Positions 11,581 through 24,282 of a stretch of 64,000 nucleotides of DNA are shown piece after piece. Position 1 is the first letter of the stretch. Every line of letters starts with the position of its first letter. This DNA is from Takakia lepidozioides (lineage: Eukaryota; Plantae; Bryophyta), in NCBI GenBank assembly GCA_030704615.1, contig CM060734.1, positions 15,996,001 through 16,060,000 on the forward strand, given 5' to 3'. The notes below the pieces were generated by a model that saw only the letters and a list, made by a program, of their open reading frames with translations, had not been told where the DNA came from and ran no database searches. Position numbers and translations under genes: made by a program.

Positions 11581-14500
11581 TGCACCCGTGATTGGGGGCC
11601 ACATTTGCTGACGTGTGTTTCACAAAAACAGGTAAAGAAAATGTGGCCTTGGGGAATATATATTTTAGTATGTACTGCCTCCACCTGGAAGTGACATGGA
11701 AGGTCCATGGTGACATCATGAAAGCTGGAATTGTAGGGTTTGTCGTTCTGAACACCGCCCTGGTGGACATGTATACCGAATGCGGTCGCATTGAAGATGC
11801 GAAGGTAGTGTTCGACTGTGGCTCAACGAGTTGGCAGCAAGGCAAGGATGTATGCATGATTGTGCAGAGGCAGTGATAGCTGAAGGAGCAGGATAGAGTG
11901 TGGGTCCATATTCATCCAAGAGGGTCGGATTTCAAGCTCTAGTACCTATGGATCCCTCTGAAGGATAGCTACAAGAAACCTCCAGGGGTAGATGGTTAGC
12001 TGGAAGCGGCAGCTGTAGCGGCACAGTTGATAAAATCAGGCACCTCAACCATGACCACAGCTTCTGGAAGAGGATCAAGCAAGGGAGTCCACAATGCCTC
12101 TTCTGGCACTTATGGGCATGTGAAGATGCTTTATGAGGCAGGCAGACTGAAAGAGGCTCTACAAACTTTAAACCAAAGAGGCATTTTAGCAGATGTAGAT
12201 ACGTATGTGTGTCTCTTGCATAAGTGCATCAAGATGAAAGGCCTAGAAGTTGGAAAGCAGGTGCACACTCACATTGTCCAAAGTGGATTCACGACGAGCG
12301 TTTTTCTACTCAACAACCTTGTCAACATGTATGTTAAGGGGAGCATCATGGATGATCACCAAGTGTTCAACACAGAATGCCTCAACGATCTTTGATCACG
12401 TGGAATATAATGTTGGCAGGATTACCAAGCATGGGCGTGGTACGAATGCTTTGGAGACCTGTGAGCAAATGATGCGCGAAGGGGTGGAGCCCAACCACAT
12501 CGCGTTTGTATGTGTTTGCAATGCGTGTGCAAGCCTGGAAAAGGGGAACGAGGTCCATGGTGACATCGGTCAAAGCTGGAATTGCACCGGATGTCATTCT
12601 GAACACTGCCCCTTACATGGACATGTATGCCAAATGTGGATGCATTGAGGATACAAAGGGAGTTTTTGACACTATGGTTGAACGAGATGTGGTGTTGTGG
12701 AGTGCGATGCTTGCAGGGTATGCACAACAGGGACGTGGGATGGAGGCTTTGGAGACCTATGATCCAATGATGGGGGAGGGGGTGAAGCCCGGCCACTTTG
12801 TGTGCATTTGCAATGCTTGTGCAAGCCTGGCAGCCCTGGACAAGGGTAAAGAGGTGCATGGGGATATCATCAAAGCTGGAATTGTACCAAATGTCAGTCT
12901 GAACCATACCCTGGTGGACATGTATGCAAAATGTGGGTGCATCGAGCCTGGACGAGGGCAAAGAGGTGCATGGGGTATCATCAAAGCTGGGATTGTACCA
13001 AATGCCATTATGAACACTGCCCTGGCACCTCTGGAAAAGGGGAAAGAGGTCCATGGCCACATCTTCAGAGCTGGAATTGTACCAAATGTCATTCTGAACC
13101 ATACCCTAGTGGACGTGTTTGCAAAATGTGGGTGCAAAGGGATCTAGGATCTAGGATGCAAAGGGAGTGTTCGACACTATGGCTGAACGAGATGTGGTGT
13201 CGTGGAGTGCGATGCTTGCAAGGTATGCACGGCAGGGACATGGGATGGAGGCTTTGGAGACCTATGAGCAAAGGATGGGGGAAGCACATCATGTTTGTGT
13301 GCATTTGCAATGCTTGTGCAAGCCTGGCAGCCCTGAAGAAGGGCAAGAGGTGCATGGGGATATCATCAAAGCTGGAATTGTGCCAAATGTCAATCTGAAC
13401 ACTGCCCTGGCAGTTTTGGAAAAGGGGAAAGAGGTCCATGGTGACATCTTCAGAGTTGGAATTGTATCAGATGTCATTCTGAACAAAACCCTGGTGAACA
13501 TGTTTGCAAAATGTGGGTGCATCTAGGATGCAAAGGGAGTGTTCGACACTATGGCTGAACGAGATGTGGTGTCGTGGACTGCGATGCTTGCATGGTATGC
13601 ACGACAGGGATGTGGGATGGAGGCTTTGGAGAGCTATGAGCAAATGATGGGGGAAGATCATCATGTTTGTGTGCATTTGCAATGTGCGTGCAGCCCTGGA
13701 GAAGGGCAAGAGATGCATGGGGATATCATCAAAGCTGGAATTGTGCCAAATGTCAATCTGAACACTGCCCTGGCAGCTTTGGAAATGGGGAAAGATGTGC
13801 ATGGCGACATCTTCAGAGCTGGAATTGTACCAGATGACATTTTGAACAATAGCCTGGTGAACATGTTTGCAAAATGTGGGTGCAGCTAGGATTCAAAGGG
13901 AGTGTTCAACACTATGGCTGAGCAACATGTGGTGTCGTGGAGTGCGATATGATGTGCTTGCAGGGTATGCACAGCAGGGATGTGGAATGGAGGCTTTGGA
14001 GACCTATGAGCAATGGAAGCACATCATGTTTGTGTGCATTTGCAATGCTTGTGCAAGCCTAGCAGCCGGCCTGGAGAAGGACAAAGAGGTGCATGGGGAT
14101 ATCATCAAAGCTGGAATTGTACCAAATGTCAATCTGAACACTGCCCTGGCAACTTTGGAAAAGGGGAAAGAGGTCTACATGGCGACATCTTCAGAGCTGG
14201 AATTGTACCAAGGTGAATGCCTGTCAGATTACCAGATGCAAAGAGGTGCATGGTTGCATCGCCAAAGGCAGCAGCTACAGCGGCACGGTTGATAAAGTCA
14301 GGCACCTTGACCATGACCACAACTTCTGGAAGAGGATCAAGAGAGGGAGTCCACAATGCCTCTTCTGGCACTTATGGGCATGTGAAGATGCTTTGACAGG
14401 CAGACTGAAAGAGGCTCTACTGACTTTAAACCAAGGAGGCATTTCAGCAGATTCAGATACGTATGTCTGTCTCTTGCATAAGTGCATCAAGATGAAAGGC

Positions 14501-17500
14501 CAAGTGAAGCTAGAAAGTAGGTGCACACTCACATTATCCAAAGTGCACGCCAAATATTTTTCTACTCAACACCCTTGTCAACATGTATGTTATGTGCGGG
14601 AGCATCATGGATGCTCACCAAGCGTTCAACAGAATGCCTCAACGATGTTTCATCACATGGAACACGATGCTTGCAGGGTGTGCACAGCAGGGACGTGGTA
14701 TGGAGGCCTTGGAGAATGTGGTGAGGGCACCTTCTTCTTCGACCTATTTCAGCTTGTTTTTCCCTCTCATCAGACTCGGCCCTGAATTTACATATTGAAT
14801 CGTCGAGGACAATGTGGTGAGGGCACCTTCTTCTTTGACCTATTTCAGCCTGTTTTGCCCTCTCATCAGACTCAGCCCTGAGATGTATATTGAATTCTGT
14901 AAGTTTTGGGTGGATCTGTGGTGGTTTGGAATGAATATGACAAGTAACTGCCGATGTGGCAGCAAGAAAGTATCCAAAACAGATAACAGAGATGAGGAGA
15001 AGGTGTGGAATGAATACTTTGTTGACCCCAGTGAATGGTGGAACGACCGAGGCAAAAAGTTGAATGCCTATTAGATGACAGAGAGTAGCAGACGTAATTC
15101 AGCATAGGAACTAGGGTGATTGGGTGTTTCCTAGGTTGTCATTGTCAGCTGCTAGCAGCAAGGGCAAGGATGAATGCATGATTTGTGCAGAGGCATGGAT
15201 AGCTGAAGGAGAAGGGATAGAGTGTGGGTCCAGATTCATCCAAGAGGGCCGGACTTCAAGCTCCAGATTACCTGTGATTCCATGTGGATCAATAGCTACA
15301 AGAAACCTAAATGGGTAGATGGTCAACTAAAGGCAATAGCTGCAGCGGCACAGTTGATAAAATCAGGCACATCCTTAACCATGACCGCAGCTTCTGAAAG
15401 AGGATCAAGAGAGGGAGTCCACAATGCCTTATCTACAGGGCATGTGAAGATGCTTTGTGAGGCTGACTGACTGACAAAGGCTCTAGGTCTGGAAGCTGGA
15501 ATCAGGTGCACACTCACATTATCCAAAGTGGATTCATGCCAAATGTTTTTTCTACTCAACACCCTTGTCAACATGTATGTTAAGTGCGGGAGCATCATGG
15601 ATGCTTACCAAGATTTCTACAGAATGCCTCAGCGATCTTTGATCATGTGGAATATAATGTTGGCAGGATTTACCAAACATGGGTGTGGTAGGAATGCTTT
15701 GACAACCTATGAGCAAATGTTGCGCAAAGGGGGTGCCCAACCACATCACGCTTCCGCATGTTTGCAATGCGTGTGCAAGCCTGGGACCTCTGGAAAAGGG
15801 GAAAGAGGTCCATGGTGACATCATCAAAGCTGGAATTGTACCAGATGTCATCATGAACACTCCCCTGGTGGACGTCTATGCCAAATGTGGGTGCATTAAG
15901 GATGCGAAAGGAGTTTTCAACACTATGGCTGAACCAAATATGGTGTCATGGAACGCGATGCTTGCAGGGTATGCACAGCAAGGACATGGTATGCAGGCTT
16001 TGGAGACCTATGATCAAATGATGGGGGAAGGGGGGGCACCTTCTTCAATAGCACAACGGCTACAAGTGGGTAGATGGTCAACTGGAAACAGCAATGCCAG
16101 CAGCACAATTGATAGAACAAGGCCACTGCTAATGAAGGTACCTTCTTCAACATATTTCACCCTGTTTTCCCCTGCTATCAGAGTCGTTCGTAAATTTTCA
16201 TGTTGAATTCTACAAGTTAGCTCGTTGGTGGATCTATGGTGGTGTTGGAGTGATTTTGACATGTTACTGCCAATGTGGTCGACAGGAAAGTATCGAAAAA
16301 CAGATAATAAAGATGTGGAGAAGCTCTGGAATGAATACGGCTCCGACCCCAGTCAATGGTGGAACAATCCAGGCAAAAAGGTGAATGCCTGTTGGAAGCA
16401 GACGCAAGTCAGCATAGGAACTAGTGTGATAAGTAGGATTGGGGTGTTTGCTGGAACAATTCTAGAGTGTTATTGTCAGCTGCTAGCATCAAGGTAAGGA
16501 TGTATGCATGATTTGTGCAGAGGCATGGATAGCTGAAGGAGCAGGGAGCAGTGTGGGTCCAGATTCATCCAAGAGGGCCGGATTTCAAGCTCCAGATCGC
16601 CTACAATTCCATGTGGAAGCAGCACACACCTCGCACACACCTCGCACACACAAGAGGTCATCTTGGGTGCATGGTCAGTCAAATCCTGCATGGGTCATGA
16701 CACAAGGTTGAGGACAATGTGGTGAGGGCACCTTCTTCTTCGACCTATTTCAGCCTATTTTTCCCTCTCAGCAGACCCAACCCTGAATTTGCATACTGAA
16801 TGCTGTAAGTTAGCTCGTTGGGTGGATGTGGGGTGGTTTGGAGTGACTTTGACAAGTTACTGCTGATGTGGCAGCAGGAAAGTACCCAAAAACAGATAAC
16901 AAGATGAAGAGAAGCTTTGGGATGAACACTTTCCGACCCCAGTCAGTGGGGGGACAATGGAGACAAAAAGGTGAGTGCTTGTTCGACTACAGAGAGAAGC
17001 AGTTGCAATTCAGAATTGGAACTACTGTTAAGTCCTAGGTTGGGGTGTTTTCTGGAAGAACTTCACGCCGTCACTGTCAGCTGCTAACAACAAGGCTGAG
17101 GGATGTATTCATGATCTGTACGCGGGCAAGGATAGCTGAGGGACCAGGGATAGAGGTCCAAATTCATGTTCAGGTTCAGGCTGAGGGATCAATAGCTAAA
17201 AGAAATCAGCTGGAGTAGATGGTCAATTGTTGCAAGTGGAAACAGTAGCGGCAACACAATTGATAGAATGAGGTGCTGCTAATTAATGAAGGCACCTTCC
17301 TCAACACATTTCAGCATGTTTTTCCAAATAGGGTTGGGGTGTAAGAACAAATCTAGACTGTCATCATCAGCTTCTAGCAGCAAGACAATGATATATGCAT
17401 GATTTGAGGCATAGATAGTTGAAGGAGCAGGGATAGAGTGTGGGTGCAGATTCACCCAAGAGGGCCGGGCTTCAAGCTCCAAATTGACTCTATAGCTACA

Positions 17501-18170
17501 ACAAACCTGCATGGGTAGATGGTCAACTGGCAGCGGCACAATTTATAAAATCAGACACTGCTAATGAAGACATCTTATTCAACACATTTCACCTTGTTTT
17601 TCCCTCTAATCAGAATCGGCCCTAAATTTCCATGTTGAATTCTGCAAGTTAGCTGGTTGAGTGAATCTAGTTTGGAGTGACTTTGACATGATACTGCCAA
17701 TGTGACAACATGAAAGTATTAAAAAACAAGTAACAGAGATGAAGAGAAGTTGTGGAATGAATACTATTATGCCCCAGTCAATGATGGGACAACCAAGGCA
17801 AAAAGGTGAATACCTGTTACATTTCATAGACTAGCAGACGCATTCAACATAGGAACTAGTGTGAGAAGCTGAGTTGGATGTTTCCTAGAATAAATCGAGG
17901 CTGTCATTGTCAGCTACTAGCAGCGAGGCAAGGATGAATGCATGATTTGTGCAGAGGCATGTGTAGCTGAAGGTGCAAAGAGAGTGTGGGTCCAGATTCA
18001 TCCAAGAGGGCCAGATTTCAAGCACAAGATTACCTATGATTCCCTGTGGATCAATAGCTACAAGAAACCTGCATGGGTAGATGGTCTATTCCATGGGACT
18101 CAATCTGATACTGAGCCTTGCATTATGAGGATCACAATTGCTTGGCAGCTTACCTGCATGAGGCCTTGAC
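11581..18170 (+). pseudogene. Decayed tandem array of gene copies combining an OSB-type PDF motif and PLS-class PPR motifs
   Basis: PPR P/L/S motifs (TYVCLLHKC, GKEVHGDIIKAG, NTLVDMYAKCG, ERDVVSWSAML). Split PDF motif WNEYFVDPSEWWNDRGKK / IHPRGPDFKHKITYDSLWINSYKKPAWVDG across a GT-AG intron. ~370-bp tandem units at 12650-14200. Many frameshifts and stops. Confidence 0.88.
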
Positions 18171-18429
18171 CCTTAGGCAATCCCCAAAGCAGTAGTAGCT
18201 TTGGGCTGTTTTTTTACTTTGGTTTTTTCATTTTGTATCATAAGCTCTTTGAGCTTTCCGCAGATGTAAGAAAGTACCATTTGTTTCATTTCATTTCATT
18301 TTCATTTTGTTTTGTTTCATGGCATGTCTTTCATTGTTTTCGCATTTCTAATGACATGATTAGTTCTCTTGTATGGCATTACATGCATATGTACTAGTCG
18401 GCTCATTACAAACACCAAAACTTCAAAGC

Positions 18430-18952
18430 ATGAACCACTATGAGTGATTGTTCAAGTAATTTTGGGCACTTCATTTAAAGTAGTAAAGCAGTGGTAGCGC
18501 CGACTTCGGCAGTCGCAGTTGCCACTGGGCATGTAGCACTGCAAGTTATGTGGTCAACTACCACGTGGCAGCAGTGCTGCTCGCCGTGGCGCCGCCACGT
18601 CGTCGTCCACATCGTCATCCACGTCGGCGTCCACGTCCGCATCCATGTGTCACCGCGCTCCGGTGAGTCAGTCCACTCATCCGGAGGGAAAAGTCAAAGT
18701 CGGCCCAAAAGGTCAGACACACGGGCGGCCCGCCTGGTTACGCCACGTGGTTCTTCAGCATTAATCGCAATAATCACTGAGCAGTTGTTCGCGCGTCTGC
18801 GTCTTTTACCACTCCAATCATTGGATGTCCGACCCAACTTCCACGTCTGTTGTAACTAGTCGTTTGTAACTTCTAGTCGATCCCAATTTTTTGACTTTTA
18901 CGACTCAAAATGAGTCGTTACCCCAGTAGTAAATGACACAAATGCTTCTAGT
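18430..18952. mobile_element. Possible non-autonomous CACTA-like remnant
   Basis: CpG-rich island ending in ...GCTTCTAGTG (reverse complement CACTAGAAG). No convincing partner TIR or TSD. Confidence 0.3.
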
Positions 18953-18994
18953 GCTACACTTGTTATTGATGTCAACTAAGAACCCCAAAAACAC

Positions 18995-19205
18995 AATTCC
19001 TACAAAATTACACAAAAGATGTTCCACGCGGAGAACTTAGAGATAATAGTGTCCTAGGAGGGGCAAAATCTGCATGATAGGAGGGAGGAATGTTCGGCGC
19101 CGAACACTTCAACTCCTACAAAATTACTCAAAAGATGTGCCACGTGGAGCGCTCAGAGATAATAATGTTCTGGGAGGGGCAAAATACTGCATGATCTGGG
19201 AGGAG
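18995..19205. repeat. Imperfect tandem duplication, ~117-bp pitch
   Basis: CCTACAAAATTACWCAAAAGATGTKCCACG...GAGGGGCAAAAT..CTGCATGAT occurs at ~18999 and ~19116. Confidence 0.8.
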
Positions 19206-22200
19206 GTATAGGCCATTGTGGGTCTTGTTGGACTCGGGAGCACAACCATTGATGTTGGGGAGAGCAGCAATTGCAGGCTTGGGCCTTACAGAGGCGGATG
19301 AGCCTTGTCCTTTCCAAATTCAAACATCTTTGGGCGGTTCAGAGAAGGCACGAGGGATTACACGCCATGAGCTCTTCATTCGATTGCAGCTAGATCATCC
19401 TACAGATGGCTCTGTCATGAGAGCTAAAGCCATTGTTACGGACGCGATGTCTTATGATGTACTTGTTGGTGGGGCTGTGTTATACCCGATGGGCTTTACT
19501 TTGGACTTTGGGAGGAAACGACATCCTACAGGCCGGAATGGCAGTTAGGGGATGGTCGGCGTGCACTGCTCCCAGTGCGGTTTATTGGGAATGTAGCGGT
19601 GGATCATAGGAACATGATGCCCACATTGGCTGCATTCTCAGGGGTGGTGGCTTGGGGTGGTGAGCTCTTGGAGGGCAATAGCCATGCAGATGATAGGCCA
19701 CCACCTGATGAGGACAAACAATTGGCATACAAGGCTGATTTGCTTCCTCATGTGTCTGTTCATATTCCACTGTGGGGTACAGTTAGGAATTTGCATCGAG
19801 TAGCAGGCGAGTGTGTACACCAAGCATGGCGGGAGGCCTATCCATTGGTGAGTGAGGGGAGTTCAGTGACATCACCTGGACCTCCTCAGTTAGCTCCTTT
19901 GGATACAGTGCCCATTATCTGGCAACCACCTGACTCAGGGATTTGTTTGCTAGACTTGTTTGGAGGCATGAGCACTGGGCTTGCAGGAGTGTTGCAAACT
20001 GGGAATAAAGTACGCAAGTACTTGTATGTGGAGAAGGATGAGATAGCTCGGCGTATTTCTATGCGCCACATTGCCTTGCTCACACACCGGTATCCTGAGT
20101 TGTTGTCTCTCTCAGCAATTCATGGGTATCAAAAAGCCTTACCAGCAGACATTACCTTGCTGGGGGCGGATGATTTGGATCGGCATGGTGCCATTGACGT
20201 GGTGATAGCTGGATGGCCTTGCCAAGAACACTCTCCTGCAGGTCATGGGAATGGCTTGCATGATGCACGATCGCATTTGTTTTGGGAGATGTTGAGAGTG
20301 TTGCGTGACTTGCAGACGAGGCAAGTGCAACCTCTAGCCTATATCTTGGAGAATGTTCCTCTTATGGGGGACTCTTGGGCCAGGGTTATGGCCAGTGTGC
20401 ATCAGGTGCGGTCTTGGATTGGATCGGCGGTGCTATTGGATGCAGCAGTGGTGGGATCACGAGCGCATCGACCTCGATTGTGGTGGACCAATCTTGCACC
20501 ACCAGAGCTGCTCAAGAGAGCATACGATTCCATTCAACGGCCACCCAATCTCACAGTTGAGGGCATTTTGGACCAAGGGAGGCAACCACAGAGGGTGCAA
20601 TATGATGACCGTCCATCTCTAGTAGTGGTAAATCGAGTGGGGCAGCCACGTGCGGCCTTGCCTACGCTCATGAGCTTTCCCTCGTCTCATGCTTTAGAGA
20701 CAATGGTCCTGGGTTGATTTGGGACAGTGTGCTATAGCAATTGGTGGAGCCCAATGCAGATGAGCAAGAGCGGGCAATGGGATTTGCCACGGGCACTACA
20801 GCTGTGCCAACTGTGTCAGAGGCATCACGCCGACATGTGTTGGGTCAAGCAATGGATCTAAATTGCTTGACATGGGTCATTGGCTTGTGCATGGCTGAGC
20901 AACGGAGATTGCAGACAGTGGTGGCTACTTCTGCACTCTCATATTGTATCCCCTCTGCCAACCGGGACAGTTGAGGCAGTGAGTGGGGGCGAGCACAGGA
21001 TCATGGGGTGCAAACACCCATGGCAGATGCGGAAAGAGAGAGTCCTTGGATCGCTCAAGCAGCAATATGAGTAGTGGGGAGAGCCATACACTGAAGATCA
21101 GTTGGAGGCCAAGGTGGCCAATGTTTTTGAAGAGGTTGAGAATGTTTCTTCCCCAGAGGATGTTCTCAAGGTGGTTATGGCAGAGCAAGTAGAGGCTACG
21201 CCACAGTCAGATTGGGCGGACAAGGCCCAAGAGGTTGCTATCTAGCAACCAAAGGATTCGTCTCCTACCCCCAAGCCTGATGTATCCAAGGTTGCAGTCA
21301 CTGAGGACAATTGGGAACCAGATGTTGGACCTACAGTCACTGGAGGAGAGAGACAGAGGATCTAGCGATTTCTAAGGGCTTATAAAAATTGCTTTGCCTT
21401 CGGTTTGAAGGATTTGGGGAGTTTGAAGGGTCAAGAGATTCGTATTGATTTGGCAAGTGACACGCCAATTTTTCGAAGGCCCTACCAGTATAGTGACATG
21501 GAGAGGTCATTGATCCAGTCACGGACTATGGAGTTGTTCGAAGCTGGATTGGTGGAGTTGTCAGGCGGGGAGTATGCCTCGGCAACGGTGATGCCAGCTA
21601 AGAAGGATATCTATGGCAATTGGACAGAAAGAAGGATGTGTGGGGACTATCGCCCTGTGAACCGTCAGACTAAGTCCGATAGATATGCCATGCCAACTCC
21701 AGAGGAAATCTTTGATGCCATTAGGCATGCGAAGGTGTTTAGCACATTGGACTTGCAATCCGGTTACCACCAGTTGCCAATCAAAGAGGTTGACAAGCAA
21801 AAGACGGCATTATGGGGGATTGACCAACATGGGAAGGATTGCTTGTGCCAATGGCGCTTCTTACCGTTTGGGTTGAAGAATGCTCTTACAGAGTTTCAGA
21901 GGGTTATGGATAGGATTCTCGCGGGGCTAGACTTTGCCCAGTGTTACATTGATGACATCATCGTCTTTAGTGCTACGGTTGAGGTTTGAGCGCTTGAGAG
22001 CGCATGGGTTGAAATTGCACCCTGGGAAGTGCAAGTTCTTCCACAACCAGATTGAGTATCTGGGGCACATGATATACCCTGGAGGATTGGGTGTTCAAAA
22101 GACGAAGGTGGAGGCCATTGCATGCATTCCACGCCCCATAGATGTTAGCAGAGTTTGTGCTTTCATGGGGTTGGCAAACTACTATCGACGGGTTGTCAAG

Positions 22201-24282
22201 GGATTTAGCAGCATTGCAAAGGCTCTTACTAAGTTGACCAAGGTGGGTCAGGAGTGGCAGTGGGAGGAGGAGCAGGAGGAAGCCTTTGAGGAACTCAAGG
22301 CTCGATTGACTTCTGCACCTATTCTGAGGCGGCCTATTCGGGGGCGGCCTTTCCAGCTACATACGGATTGGAGTATGCTGGGGATTGGAGCAGTGCTCAC
22401 ACAGATGGTTGATGAGGGAAGAGAGTTCGTAGTGGCATTTGCTAGCCGCTCAAACAATGATGCCGAGGCGAAGTATAGTTCCTATGAAGGGGAGTGTCTA
22501 GCTGCGGTATGGGCAGTGGCACATTTCAGATGCTACCTCTATGGCAATCTCTTCACCCTTGTCACGGATCACCAACCATTGAAATGATTGATGGAGTCAG
22601 ACAAGCTTACAGGGAAGCTTGCACGGTGGGCACTTATGCTTCAAGAATACGACTTTCAGGTGGTGCATCGAGCCGCTATTGTCAACCGGGATGTAGATGG
22701 ATTGAGTCGTAATCCATGCACGAGCAAGCATGATGATACTGGAGCTCGGTGGCATGGTGAGACAGATGAGGAGATGGTGCCAGGATGGCATGCATCTGTC
22801 TTTTTGTGCATCCTAGCAATGGGAGCTCAAGCTGGTCCATCCCATAGCATTGGTCATGTAGATGGTGTGCATGACGATCCGGAGATCAGTGAGGAGCTTG
22901 GTGGTGTTAAGGATGTGCATGAAGATCCAACAGTGTTGGCCTACCTTTGTACTAGAGAGACAGCAGCCAGTGTAACTGATAAGGAGAGAGATCGGATCCT
23001 ACAACGAGCCAAGAGGTTCAAGTAGGAGGGGACTCACCTACTCCGAGTATGGGAGGATGGACGAGTGAGGATTGTGCCTCATCCAACACAACGAGTGCGA
23101 TTGGTACGCCATGCCCATGAGGAGTTGGGACATTTTGGGGTGCGGCGCACTCATAGTTTGCTGCAAGGACAGTACTGGTGGCGGGGCATGCACACGGATG
23201 TGCAACAGTTAGTGGCAAGGTGCATGGTGTGTGATAGAGTGCGAGCTTCTTTCAATGCACCTACTCCACAATTGCATCCTTTACCCATTATGGGTTTGGG
23301 CTATCGTTGGAGTCTTGACTTCGCAGGCCCATTGCCACTAACGATTTGCCATAACAAGTATGTGCTGGTGATAGTGGAACATTTCCCCAAGTGGATTGAA
23401 CTAGTGGGCATTGCCTGACAAGGCAAGTGAGGGGGCTGCTTATGCATTCTTAGATCGAGTGCTTAGCCAATTTGGTGCTCCAGCCAAGGTACTCAAGGAC
23501 AAGGGGAGAGAGTTCTTGGGGGAGTTTCAGGCTTTGTGTGAGCAAGCCTTGATAGATCACTGCACTACTTCTCGGGATCATCCCGAAGCTGATGGCTTGG
23601 CAGAGAGGGTTGTACAAATAGTCAAGCGAGGCTTGCGCAAGTATGGCTTGCAGAAGGGACACTTAGGAGATTGAGACCTTCAGCTACCTTGGTTGGCCAT
23701 GGGCTACAGGTTTAGCAAACAAGCATCACTTGCCTCGTTCTCGCCTTATTTCCTTCTCTTTGGCCGAGAGCCAGATTTGCCTACATCTATTCGCAGGGAG
23801 ACTGCAGTAGTTCTCAACCTTGATGATCCCGATGTGTGGACACAAGCATGTGCCCAGTGGGCAGAGTTGTTCAAGAGAGTCATGCCTATGGCTTTTGAGA
23901 ACCTTGCTATTGCCCAACACCAAGACACATTGAGGTACGCCACTATACGTGGAGGGGGATATCGGCCAGGTGTTCGGCGTTTCTACCCTGGGAACTATGT
24001 GTATCTGCAACAGACAGCGCCTACGACTTTGGATGTTACAGCAGGGCGTGTGATTCTTAGGGTCCGGGAGGTGTTGCCTTCAGGAGTGTTGATTCTGGAG
24101 GGTCGAGATGGCATGGTATGGAAGGACCATGTGCGCAATTGTGCGCCATGTCACCTTCCACATGTGGATGGGAGGATAGATCCCAACCTTGTAGTGGTAC
24201 CTGCAGGGTTGTGTTGCATGCTATGTGGGCATGCTGGTGGTGCCGCAACCATGTTGGAGTGTGACAAATGCTCAAGGGGGTG
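19205..24282 (+). mobile_element. Ty3/gypsy DNMT-carrying element, internal region PR-DNMT-RT-RH-INT-PHD; decayed, 3' end interrupted by a CACTA insertion
   Basis: Protease VLLDSGAQ (19216), DNMT (19575-20930), RT LDLQSGYHQ/CYIDD (21405-21989), RNase H LHTDWS..SYEGECLA..TDHQPL, integrase HH-CC plus D,D,E (23065-23900), PHD start CMLC..MLECDKC. Confidence 0.95.
19900..20930 (+). pseudogene. DNMT3-like C5-cytosine methyltransferase domain within gypsy pol
   Basis: Motif I LDLFGGMS, II YVEKD, IV AGWPCQ (catalytic PC), VI ENV, VIII AHRPRLWWTNL, IX ERAMGF..GTT, X RRHVLGQAM. Frameshift/stop near 20700-20740. Confidence 0.93.

Noticed and set aside
19575-20717. Host DNMT3 gene or bacterial restriction-modification contamination
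   Set aside because: Intronless, embedded between gypsy protease and RT, and repeated with the element.
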